25,482 nucleotides of DNA, from assembly GCA_015494375.1 (NCBI GenBank), contig WGBL01000213.1:1-25482 (forward strand), read 5' to 3'. The translations under genes and the position numbers were made by a program. The notes below the pieces were generated by a model. The model was not told the DNA's origin and ran no database searches. It was given only the letters and a program-made list of their open reading frames with translations. Below are positions 7,654 through 15,793 of the stretch, piece after piece (positions within the stretch are counted from its first letter, which is position 1; the number at the start of each line of letters is the position of its first letter). Origin of the DNA: Hyphomicrobiales bacterium (lineage in GTDB: Bacteria; Pseudomonadota; Alphaproteobacteria; Rhizobiales; S144-23).

Positions 7654-9081
7654 CTAGGCCGCGCATTGATCGGCGGTTTGTCCAAGCCCGTGCCCAGGCC
7701 CCAGCCCCAATCCTAGCCCCAGCGCCTCGCACGCCAGGCGGTTGGCGAGGCGGATGTCATAGAGCCGCTCGGCCTTGCGGCGACTGGCGGCCGCCATTGC
7801 GGCGATGAGGTCGGGGCGCTTGAGCACCTGGGCCATGGCACGCGCAAGTGCGCGCGGATCACCCGCCGGCACCAGGTGGCCGTTCACCCCCTCATCGACC
7901 GCCTCGCGCAAGCCTCGCACATCACTCACAATGAGCGGGCGGGCAACGGCTAGGGCCTGCAGCGCGACGTCGTCGGTGCCCGGCGCATGCGCCGGCAGCA
8001 CCACGACATGGGCTTGCGCAAGTGCCTCGGCGAGCCCCATCTGTGGCGCAAGCATCTCCACCGGCGAGCCGAAGGCGGCAAGCGCCTCGCGCGCAATGGC
8101 ATCGCCCTCGCTCCCGTCTGGGCCATAGAGCCGCCATCTGGCGCGCGCCCCTCGGGCGGCAACGAGGCGCGCGGCCTCGAAATAGGTGGCAACCCCCTTG
8201 GCGCGCTCGAGGGGGGCCGCCATCAGAAAGGCAAGGCCCTCGGCGATATCGGGCAACGGCAACTCGCGAACGCGGGCGAGATCGATGCCCGCGCCCCCCA
8301 CCACATGCACCGCAAGTTGGCGCGGCAAGATGCCGGCGCGTGCCAGAGCCTCGGTATCATCGGCGTTGTAGAAGATCGCCGCATGGCTGCGCGCGAGCGC
8401 CAGCCGGTAGAGCCGCCGCAAGGTCTGGTTTCGCACCCGCGCCATGAAGCCCCGCCTGGCGCCCGCGCCCATCTCGAGCAGGACGCGGTCGATCAGCGCA
8501 ACCACGCGGCGCGCCCCAATCATCCGCCCTGCAAGCCCGGCATAGACCGCCCCTTCGAGCTCAAGGCCAAGCAGCGTGCCAAGGCCCCCCGCGCGCAGCA
8601 AACGGGCGAGCAGCGCCAGTGAGCGCACCTGTGCACCCGGCTCGAAACCACGGCCCTGAAGCGGCACCTGATGCACACGAGCGCCGAGCTGCCGGAGGGC
8701 GCGGGCCTCGCCGCCGGCACCAAACGGGGCGAAGCAATCAACCGCCACACCCTCCTCGGCGAGTGCCCGGATGAGACCGCCGGCGAGCGGCTCGATGGCG
8801 CCCGGATTGGCCGCGATAATGCCGAGCGCACCCGCGCCCGTGCGGCTGCGCCCTGCCGGCGCGCGCCGTCGCTCCGTTCGCTCTTGTCCGATCTGCGCCT
8901 GCACCGCCTGTTGGGAGCCCGCCGGTCGCGCCCATTCGCCCTCTTGCCGCCCGGCCTGTGCCCGCTCGGCCTGCCCCGGCGCACCGTGGCGGACCGCTTC
9001 TCGTGCATGACTTGCTTCTCGCGCATCGGACACCTGCCGGCCGCCATCGAGCCTCGCGTATCGCCCCGCACCGTGCTTCAC
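7654..9081 (-). CDS. GT4 (GT-B fold, CapM/WbdH-like) glycosyltransferase with degenerate donor-binding motifs and an N-terminal low-complexity extension
   Basis: Aligns by eye to GT4 CapM-like proteins (LIRAL, RLYRLAL, IFYNADD, GAGIDL, AKGVATYFEAAR, RPLIVSDV, DEGVNGHLVP). Proposed GTG start at 9081 overlaps the upstream TGA (GTGA) with GGGAGG 7 nt upstream. The start is inferred. Confidence 0.85.
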   Translation of the reverse strand: MKHGAGRYARLDGGRQVSDAREASHAREAVRHGAPGQAERAQAGRQEGEWARPAGSQQAVQAQIGQERTERRRAPAGRSRTGAGALGIIAANPGAIEPLAGGLIRALAEEGVAVDCFAPFGAGGEARALRQLGARVHQVPLQGRGFEPGAQVRSLALLARLLRAGGLGTLLGLELEGAVYAGLAGRMIGARRVVALIDRVLLEMGAGARRGFMARVRNQTLRRLYRLALARSHAAIFYNADDTEALARAGILPRQLAVHVVGGAGIDLARVRELPLPDIAEGLAFLMAAPLERAKGVATYFEAARLVAARGARARWRLYGPDGSEGDAIAREALAAFGSPVEMLAPQMGLAEALAQAHVVVLPAHAPGTDDVALQALAVARPLIVSDVRGLREAVDEGVNGHLVPAGDPRALARAMAQVLKRPDLIAAMAAASRRKAERLYDIRLANRLACEALGLGLGLGPGHGLGQTADQCAA

Positions 9082-11138
9082 TTGATGCCCTCCCGGCCGA
9101 TCGCCCCGAAGGCCTCGGCCCCATTGGATGGCGCTCGCATTGGCGATGCACTTGACGACGCTGCGGGAGCCCACTCGGGCGCGCCCTCGAGCCATTTGGC
9201 CTCAACCGTGGCCCCGCCGCCGTTCTCCGGGCGATAGCCGTCGATGGTCTCGGCCAGCACTGCGCGAATTGATGCCGCCTCACCCGTCTTCATGGTCTCC
9301 TCCAGCCGCGAAAGCGCATCATCCAGTTGTTGGCGCGAAAGCAAGGGCTCATTGCTTTGCAGAATTCGCGGATGCGAGGTCTCTTGGGCGTCCTCGCCAA
9401 TCAGCAGCTCCTCATAAAGCTTCTCGCCCCGGCGCAGCCCGGTATAGACGATCTCGATATCGCCATTGGGATTGTCTTCATCGCGCACTTCGCGGCCCAT
9501 CAAACGAATCATCGAGCGTGCAAGATCGTCTATTTTGACCGGCTTGCCCATATCAAGAACGAAGACTTCACCACCTTTTGCCATCGCCCCGGCCTGAATG
9601 ACGAGCTGGGCCGCGTCGGGAATGGACATGAAATAGCGGGTGATCTCCGGATGGGTGACGGTTACCGGGCCGCCCTGGGCGATCTGCTTGCGAAAGCGGC
9701 CGACGACCGAGCCCGAGGAATCGAGCACATTGCCAAAGCGCACCATTGTGAAGATGCAATCGCCCGGCTCCTCTGCCGCCAGCGCCTGCAGGACGAGCTC
9801 GGCCAGGCGCTTGCTCGCCCCCATGACGCTTGTCGGGCGCACCGCCTTGTCGGTCGAGACGAGCACAAACCGCTCGACGCCGCACGAGCGCGCCACATTG
9901 GCGAATGCGCGCGTGGCAAATGTGTTGTTGCGCAACCCCGCTATGGGATTGAGCTCCACCATGGGTACATGCTTGTAGGCGGCGGCATGATAGACGGTGG
10001 CAACGCCATGGACCTCGATCGTGCGGGCGACGAGGTCGCAATCGCCCACCGAGCCGAGCACCGCCACGACCCGCCCCTCCCGGCCGAGGCTGCTCGCAAG
10101 CAGCTCCTGCTCGATCGTATAGAGCGCGGCTTCCGAGATATCGAAGAGAATGAGTTTTTCAGGCCCAAGCCCGACGAGTTGCCGTGTGAGCTCGGAGCCG
10201 ATGGAGCCGCCCGCCCCCGTCACCATCACCACCTTGCCGGCGACCGCCCTGCGCATGAGCCGCTCGTTCGGCGGAATCGGCTCGCGGCCAAGCAGGTCGT
10301 CGGCATCGATATGGCGCAGATCGCTGACCGCCACCCGCCCCGTGGCGATATCGAGCATGGCGGGCAACGTCTTGACCACCACGCGAAAGGCCTCGAGCCG
10401 GCGGATGATGGTGCGGCGGCGGCGGCGCGAGACGTTGGGAAGCGCCAGCAACACCTCCTCGACGTGATTGCGCCGCACGAGCTTGGCGATCTTGTGGGGC
10501 CGGTAGACCTTGAGGCCCGCGAGGTTCTGCCCCCAGAGAGAGGGGTCCTCGTCGATGAAGCCGATGAGCTCATAATCGGGGCTCGCCTTGAGCGCCTCGG
10601 CGAGCTGCACGCCGGTGCGCCCGGCGCCGTAGATGACAGCGGTGGTGGGTGCGCCGTCTGTGTGAAGCCTGGAGAGGTCGGCGGGCAAGAGATCGCGCAG
10701 GAACCAGCCGGCGAGCTGCCGGCTGCCCCAGACGAGCACCATCGAAAAAATGCCGTACATGATTATGGTCGAGCGCGGCAGAAGGCCCGGGATGGCTGCG
10801 AGCAGCACGAGGAGCGCCCAGATGGTGACCGCAAGGCCGACGGCGAGTATGATCCGCCGGGCGCCGGCGGGCCCGATATAGCGCGTGACCAGGCGGTAAA
10901 GGCCGAGGGTGTTGAAGGTGATCACGCCGATGAGGGGCGCCGCGCCGAGGAGCAAGGCGAATTCAACCGTGGGCGGCACATAAAAGGTGCTCAGCCTGAG
11001 TGAGAACCCCGCCCAGAGCGCCAACGAAAGCAGCAAGAAATCGTTGATGATAAGAAGGGCGCGTTTGGGGCCACGCGGCAACTCGAGAAGCCGCTGGCGC
11101 CAGCCGGCGGGGGCGGGTCGGGCGTTGGTCTTGGCCAT
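9078..11138 (-). CDS. Polysaccharide biosynthesis protein CapD/WbpM/PglF type (membrane-anchored UDP-GlcNAc 4,6-dehydratase family)
   Basis: 686 aa. N-terminal TM helices, GAGRTG/GFIDED linker domain, TGAGGSIGSEL, HAAAYKHVPMVE, STDKAVRPTSVMGASKR, VRFGNVLDSSGSV, THPEITRYFM, GLRRGEKLYEEL. Confidence 0.95.
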   Translation of the reverse strand: MAKTNARPAPAGWRQRLLELPRGPKRALLIINDFLLLSLALWAGFSLRLSTFYVPPTVEFALLLGAAPLIGVITFNTLGLYRLVTRYIGPAGARRIILAVGLAVTIWALLVLLAAIPGLLPRSTIIMYGIFSMVLVWGSRQLAGWFLRDLLPADLSRLHTDGAPTTAVIYGAGRTGVQLAEALKASPDYELIGFIDEDPSLWGQNLAGLKVYRPHKIAKLVRRNHVEEVLLALPNVSRRRRRTIIRRLEAFRVVVKTLPAMLDIATGRVAVSDLRHIDADDLLGREPIPPNERLMRRAVAGKVVMVTGAGGSIGSELTRQLVGLGPEKLILFDISEAALYTIEQELLASSLGREGRVVAVLGSVGDCDLVARTIEVHGVATVYHAAAYKHVPMVELNPIAGLRNNTFATRAFANVARSCGVERFVLVSTDKAVRPTSVMGASKRLAELVLQALAAEEPGDCIFTMVRFGNVLDSSGSVVGRFRKQIAQGGPVTVTHPEITRYFMSIPDAAQLVIQAGAMAKGGEVFVLDMGKPVKIDDLARSMIRLMGREVRDEDNPNGDIEIVYTGLRRGEKLYEELLIGEDAQETSHPRILQSNEPLLSRQQLDDALSRLEETMKTGEAASIRAVLAETIDGYRPENGGGATVEAKWLEGAPEWAPAASSSASPMRAPSNGAEAFGAIGREGIK

Positions 11139-11221
11139 GGGCGTCTTTGTTCCACTCGGTTCCGCTCGCTGGCGTGTCTTTTCTGCTCACTCAAGCAACG
11201 TCCGCCGCTCGACGCACAAAA

Positions 11222-11255
11222 CGCATAATCCTCGCCCCCGCATAATCCTTGCCCC
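11222..11255. repeat. 17-bp tandem duplication upstream of the CapD-type gene
   Basis: cgcataatcctcgcccc / cgcataatccttgcccc (one mismatch). Confidence 0.8.
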
Positions 11256-11360
11256 CAAGGCCCCATATCAACACCGCGCACACCACCCTGGGAAGGGCGT
11301 GTTCCAGCTCTCCTGTCGCGATCTCACAATAAGAGCGAATAGGTGCAGCTGGCCCGTAGC

Positions 11361-11413
11361 CAACAAAACAAACAACAAAGAGCGCAACAACAAGCGCCCT
11401 GCAGCAGGGCGCT
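11361..11413 (-). terminator. Probable intrinsic terminator downstream of the SoxW-like gene
   Basis: Perfect 9-bp stem AGCGCCCTG-3nt-CAGGGCGCT (11393-11413), followed on the minus strand by U-rich TGTTGTTGCGCTCTTTGTTGTTTGTTTTGTTG. The U-tract is imperfect. Confidence 0.5.
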
Positions 11414-11582
11414 GACGCGGGCCCCGGCCGCTCACCGGGGACGGCTGCCAGGGTGGCGCACCTGCACCGGCCGGAGCGCCCTGGTCCGCGACGGCATTAC
11501 CGCGCCCGTCTCTCGGCGCACCCGAGGCCGCTGGGGCCGCTGGGCCCGCTTTCTTTAAGCCTGAGGGCTGCAGGCCGGCCGA

Positions 11583-12215
11583 CTACCAGAGCTCGACCTT
11601 CTTGCCCTCGGCCCTGAGCCGGTCGGCATACTCGCTCAACCAGCGCTGGAACCTTGGCTCGGTCTTGTAGCCGCCCGTGTGCACATAGACAAAGGTCGAG
11701 CGAAAGTGGAACGGCTTCCAATAGCCCGTGAGCCGCCAGGCCTCGATCTCGGCACCGCTCTTGCCTTCCTCGACCAATACATCCTTGGTGAAAAACGAAA
11801 GCGTCGGCGTGAAGTTGACGCGCCAGCGGCGCGCGAGCGCCCGCTCCTCCATCGTCTTGCCATCGAAATCGGTCACCTCGCGGGCACCATAGAGATCGAG
11901 TTGCAACACCAGATAATTGTTCTTGATATAATTGACGACCTCTGGAATTCGCAGGTTGACACGATGCATCTCGCGACAGTAGGGGCAGCCGTTCTGCTCC
12001 CAAATGATGGCGAGACTCTTGCCTGCTTCGACCGCCTCTTTGAGATCCTCGCGGAGGTCGAGGAACGACTGGTGGAACCAGGGCTGGGTGTAAAGGCCGT
12101 TGTCGCCCTTGACGGGCTCGGGCAGTCGGTCCGTTGCGGCCTGACTCTTGGGCATGCCGGCAATGGCAAAAAGCGCTGCCGAGCCGATGACGAGGTTTCT
12201 GCGTGAGATATGCAT
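11583..12215 (-). CDS. SoxW-family periplasmic thioredoxin-fold protein
   Basis: 210 aa from ATG 12215 with SD GGGAGG 7 nt upstream. Twin-arginine-like signal MHISRRNLV...SQA. WFHQSFLDLREDL, WEQNGCPYCREMH (CPYC), EVTDFDG, VNFTPT (cis-Pro) and GYWKPFHF are SoxW-like. Confidence 0.85.
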   Translation of the reverse strand: MHISRRNLVIGSAALFAIAGMPKSQAATDRLPEPVKGDNGLYTQPWFHQSFLDLREDLKEAVEAGKSLAIIWEQNGCPYCREMHRVNLRIPEVVNYIKNNYLVLQLDLYGAREVTDFDGKTMEERALARRWRVNFTPTLSFFTKDVLVEEGKSGAEIEAWRLTGYWKPFHFRSTFVYVHTGGYKTEPRFQRWLSEYADRLRAEGKKVELW

Positions 12216-12351
12216 GGGTCGACCTCCCTGGCCAGCGTTCAGACGGCGTTCATCTCGCCAAGTGTAGCATTGTTTGCCAAGTTGCAAAATTCCCCTGATT
12301 CGCTGTTTCACGGGGCGCGCAATCACGAATGCGCCACCGGGCGAGTGGGTG

Positions 12352-12448
12352 ATGCGGCGATGTCATGCGGCAATGCAATGAGGCGATGTGATGCCGCCTT
12401 TCGATGCGGCGATGATGGGGCATCGACATGGCAATGATGCGGCGGGGC
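12352..12448. repeat. Degenerate ~13-bp tandem array (ATGCGGCRATGNN, about 8 units)
   Basis: atgcggcgatgtc atgcggcaatgca atgaggcgatgtg atgccgcctttcg atgcggcgatg atggggcatcgac atggcaatg atgcggcggggc. Confidence 0.8.
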
Positions 12449-12489
12449 AGTTGATGGCCTCGAGAAAGCGGAATGCGCCTATCACCTGA

Positions 12490-12547
12490 AAGGCGGAGAG
12501 AACGCGTAAGGTCGTCCGAAGGCGGAGAGAACGCGTAAGGATGTCCG
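12490..12547. repeat. 29-bp tandem duplication (22-bp perfect core)
   Basis: aaggcggagagaacgcgtaagg at 12490-12511 and 12519-12540, followed by tcgtccg / atgtccg. Confidence 0.9.
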
Positions 12548-12632
12548 CTTGCCCTGCTGATGCAGTCTGTTCTTGATGGGGACGCGTACACAACCACACC
12601 TTGCACGCACACGGCCGGCGCGGAGGGCATGA

Positions 12633-12869
12633 ATGACATCACGACGTAGATTCTGGATCGCTCTGGCCGGGCTCGCGATATTTGGGCTCGCTGGCTATGC
12701 CTTCCTTGATTGCGCAACCCTTGCGCGGGCGGGCAGTGGCGCATGTCGCGCCCGCTGTAAGGAGGCCTATGCCCGCTGCTACAAGGCCACCGGCGGCAAC
12801 CGCCAGATCTGCGATGCCCGCCTCGCGCGCTGTCTCGAGGGTTGCCTCAGGCGCTACCGCATCGATTAG
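12633..12869 (+). CDS. Small secreted cysteine-rich protein (CX3CX6CX10CX6CX3C)
   Basis: 78 aa, SD GGAGGG 5 nt before ATG. Basic N-region (SRRRF), hydrophobic H-region, ARA cleavage-like site, six symmetrically spaced Cys, GC3-rich mature part. Confidence 0.7.
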   Translation: MTSRRRFWIALAGLAIFGLAGYAFLDCATLARAGSGACRARCKEAYARCYKATGGNRQICDARLARCLEGCLRRYRID

Positions 12870-12989
12870 GCCGCAAAATCAGCAAGCTCAAACATGCCGC
12901 CACAAATGGGGCGCCAGTAAAGGCCGGCTCCATACTCGGTCCATACTCCATACAAGGCGTCTCCAACAGTGCCGGCCCTTGCGCGCCGC

Positions 12990-14363
12990 TCAATCCCGGC
13001 CGGCCCCACTTGCGCTCGCCTCGATGGCGTCATCAAAGGTGCGAAGACCCGTGCGCGGCGCGCCCACGAGCACCGCCATATTCCCCGGCAGATGCTCGTT
13101 CTTCCACATCCGGGTGTGCGCCTTGGGGATCTGATCCCAGGGAAAGACCTCCGACATGCAAGGGTCGATCCGACGGTCGATCACGAGCTTGTTGGCCTGG
13201 CTCGCCTGCTTGAGATGGGCAAAATGCGAGCCCTGGATGCGCTTTTGGTGCATCCAGACATAGCGCGCGTCCATGGTGAGGTTGTAGCCCGTGGTGCCGG
13301 CGCAGATCACCACCATGCCGCCGCGCTTGACGACGAATGTCGAGACGGGGAAGGTCGCCTGGCCGGGATGCTCGAAAACGATATCGACATTGACGCCCTT
13401 GCCGGTGATGTCCCAGATCGCCTTGCCGAACTTGCGCACTTCGGCAAACCAGGCCTTGTAATCCTCGCTTCCCACCTGTGGCAGCGGCCCCCAGCAATTG
13501 AAGTTCTTGCGGTTGATCACGCCCTTGGCGCCGAGCTGGATGACATAGTCGCGCTTTTCATCATTGGAGATGACGCCGATGGCGTTGGCGCCGGCGGTCG
13601 CCGCGAGCTGGACGGCAAAGGAGCCGAGCCCGCCCGAGGCGCCCCAGACAAGCACGTTCTGGCCCGGTTTTAAGGTGTGCGGGCGGTGGCCGAAGAGCAT
13701 GCGATAGGCGGTCGCCAGGGTGAGGGTGTAGCAGGCGCTCTCCTCCCAAGTCAGATGCCTGGGGCGTGGCATGAGCTGCTGCGCCTGCACGCAGGTGAAC
13801 TGGGCAAAGGAGCCATCGGGCGTCTCATAGCCCCAGATGCGTTGAGAGGGCGAAAGCATCGGGTCGCCGCCGTTGCATTCCTCATCGTCGCCGTCGTCCT
13901 GATTGCAATGGACAACAACCTCGTCGCCCACCTTCCAGCGCTTCACTTTGCGCCCGACCGCCCAGACGATGCCGGCCGCATCGGAGCCCGCAATGTGATA
14001 GGGGTGCTTGTGTCCATCGAGCGGCGAGATGGGCTTGCCGAGCGCCGCCCAGATGCCGTTGTAGTTGACGCCCGCGGCCATGACGAAAACCAGCACCTCG
14101 TGGCTGTCGAGCTCCCAGGTGGGCACAACCTCGACCTGCATGGCCTCCTCGGGCGGGCCATGGCGCTCCTTGCGGATCGTCCAGGCATACATTTTCTTGG
14201 GCACATGGCCGAGTGGCGGAATCTCGCCGATCTCATAAAGCTCCTTGAGATCGTTCGATGCATTCGATGCATTAGATGCGATTCGTGACGCGGTCTCGGT
14301 CTGTGATGCGGCTTGCGCCTCGGCCCCGGCGGCCGGCCCTTCTGCGACAGCACCCTTGGCCAT
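12990..14363 (-). CDS. ccrA: Crotonyl-CoA carboxylase/reductase (ethylmalonyl-CoA pathway)
   Basis: 457 aa. LYEIGEIPPLGHVP, MAAGVNYNGIWA, IWGYETPDGSFAQF, VWGASGGLG, GMVVICAGTTG, WMHQKRIQGSHFA, NEHLPGNMAVLV. SD GAGGAG upstream. About 35-aa Ala-rich N-terminal extension. Confidence 0.97.
   Translation of the reverse strand: MAKGAVAEGPAAGAEAQAASQTETASRIASNASNASNDLKELYEIGEIPPLGHVPKKMYAWTIRKERHGPPEEAMQVEVVPTWELDSHEVLVFVMAAGVNYNGIWAALGKPISPLDGHKHPYHIAGSDAAGIVWAVGRKVKRWKVGDEVVVHCNQDDGDDEECNGGDPMLSPSQRIWGYETPDGSFAQFTCVQAQQLMPRPRHLTWEESACYTLTLATAYRMLFGHRPHTLKPGQNVLVWGASGGLGSFAVQLAATAGANAIGVISNDEKRDYVIQLGAKGVINRKNFNCWGPLPQVGSEDYKAWFAEVRKFGKAIWDITGKGVNVDIVFEHPGQATFPVSTFVVKRGGMVVICAGTTGYNLTMDARYVWMHQKRIQGSHFAHLKQASQANKLVIDRRIDPCMSEVFPWDQIPKAHTRMWKNEHLPGNMAVLVGAPRTGLRTFDDAIEASASGAGRD
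14254..14280. repeat. 9-bp tandem repeat x3 encoding ASNASNASN in the CcrA N-terminal extension
   Basis: ttcgatgca ttcgatgca ttagatgcg. Confidence 0.8.
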
Positions 14364-14503
14364 TGTGCTTGCCTCTCCTCATTCGAACCCGTCTCGCTCG
14401 GTCCCGGCTCGCCCGAGCCCGCCCGGCGGCGGCACCCGGCGCGTGTCGGTGGCCTGCTGCTTCACTCCTTTCCTACTTTAGAGCCGAGTTCAAGCGCTTT
14501 TTG

Positions 14504-14515
14504 TGCGTTGCAGCA
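14504..14515 (+). promoter_or_regulatory. Candidate PhaR/AniA-type operator upstream of ccrA
   Basis: TGCGTTGCAGCA about 140 bp upstream of the ccrA ATG, next to a T-rich stretch. It fits the TGC-N3-GCA(SMA) motif I recall for rhizobial PhaR. Short motif, so inferential. Confidence 0.4.
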
Positions 14516-14610
14516 TCAGCAATTCGGCCAAGTGGCGCCATGGCGCCGCCGCATTCCGCGGACAGGTGGCAAGAGGGGGCGGCGCTCGGCCCGGCTGGTC
14601 GCTGGTTTAC

Positions 14611-15615
14611 CTACCCCACCTCAAAGCCATGGGCATAGGGGTCGCGCTCGTCGATGAAGATGGTGTTGAGGCCGGTCATGCGCGCCCAGCCGGTGATGCT
14701 CGGGACAATCGCCGGCCGGCCACCGACCTCGGTCTCGGCAACCACGCGGCCCGTAAAGAGCGAGCCGATGATCGATTCGTGCACGAAGGTCTCACCCACC
14801 CTAAGCCGGCCGCGCGCATGCCATTGCGCCATGCGCGCCGAGGTGCCGGTGCCGCAGGGGCTGCGATCAATCGCCCGCGAGCCATAATAGACGGCGTTGC
14901 GCGCATCCGCCTTGGGGTTCTGTGGCCGGCCCGTCCAGAGCACATGGGTGAGGCCTTCGATCGTGGAGTCCTCGGGGTGGACGAACGCCCCCAACTCGTT
15001 GAGGGCGGCGCGCAGCCGCGGGCTCCAGGTGAGCAGATCCTGAACGCTCACATCGGCGAGGTCGGACCACGCTTCCTGCGGGTCGACAATGGCATAGAAG
15101 TTGCCGCCATAGGCGACATCGACGGTGATCTCGCCGAGCCCCTCGACCTCCGCCACAAGCCCTTGTGCGGCGACGAACGACGGCACATTGGTGATCGTCA
15201 CACTTTCCACATGGGGGCCTTCCTGCTCATATTGGGCGACCACCCGGCCGGCGGGCGTATCGAGCCGCAGGCGGCCGGGCTCGGCGGGGCGCACCAGGCC
15301 GTGCTCGATGGCAAATGTGACCGTGCCGATGGTGCCATGGCCACACATCGGCAGGCAGCCCGTGGTCTCGACGTAGAGCACACCAATATCGCAATCGTCG
15401 CGCGTCGGCGGGTAGAGTAGGGCGCCCGACATCATGTCGTGGCCGCGCGGCTCGAACATGAGACCGCGGCGGATCCAGTCGTACTCGGCAAGAAAGTGCT
15501 GGCGCCGCTCGCTCATGGTGCGGCCTTCGAGTGGTGGCACGCCGCCCGCAACGAGCCGCACCGGGTTTCCGCACGTATGGCCGTCGATGCAAAAGAACGT
15601 ATGCCGCGCCTGCAT
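14611..15615 (-). CDS. 4-hydroxyproline 2-epimerase (proline racemase family)
   Basis: IDGHTCGNPVR, LMFEPRGHDMMSG, both catalytic Cys motifs (MCGHGTIG, DRSPCGTGTSA), YGGNFY. ATG 15615 has SD GAGGAG 8 nt upstream, whereas the listed 15633 start is TTG. Confidence 0.92.
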   Translation of the reverse strand: MQARHTFFCIDGHTCGNPVRLVAGGVPPLEGRTMSERRQHFLAEYDWIRRGLMFEPRGHDMMSGALLYPPTRDDCDIGVLYVETTGCLPMCGHGTIGTVTFAIEHGLVRPAEPGRLRLDTPAGRVVAQYEQEGPHVESVTITNVPSFVAAQGLVAEVEGLGEITVDVAYGGNFYAIVDPQEAWSDLADVSVQDLLTWSPRLRAALNELGAFVHPEDSTIEGLTHVLWTGRPQNPKADARNAVYYGSRAIDRSPCGTGTSARMAQWHARGRLRVGETFVHESIIGSLFTGRVVAETEVGGRPAIVPSITGWARMTGLNTIFIDERDPYAHGFEVG

Positions 15616-15793
15616 GGCCCGGCTCCTCTCCAAAGCTCACCCCAAATCGCATGCCGCGGCTGCATGCGCCTGGCTCGCTCCCGGCCCCGGCTTGGTGGCC
15701 GGCTTGGGCTTATGCCGCTTTTCCTGCCGCCTTGCGCCCGCTGAGCGACAAGTTCTGCCGGCGCCGGGCGGGCAACATCTATGAGTTGGCGGC

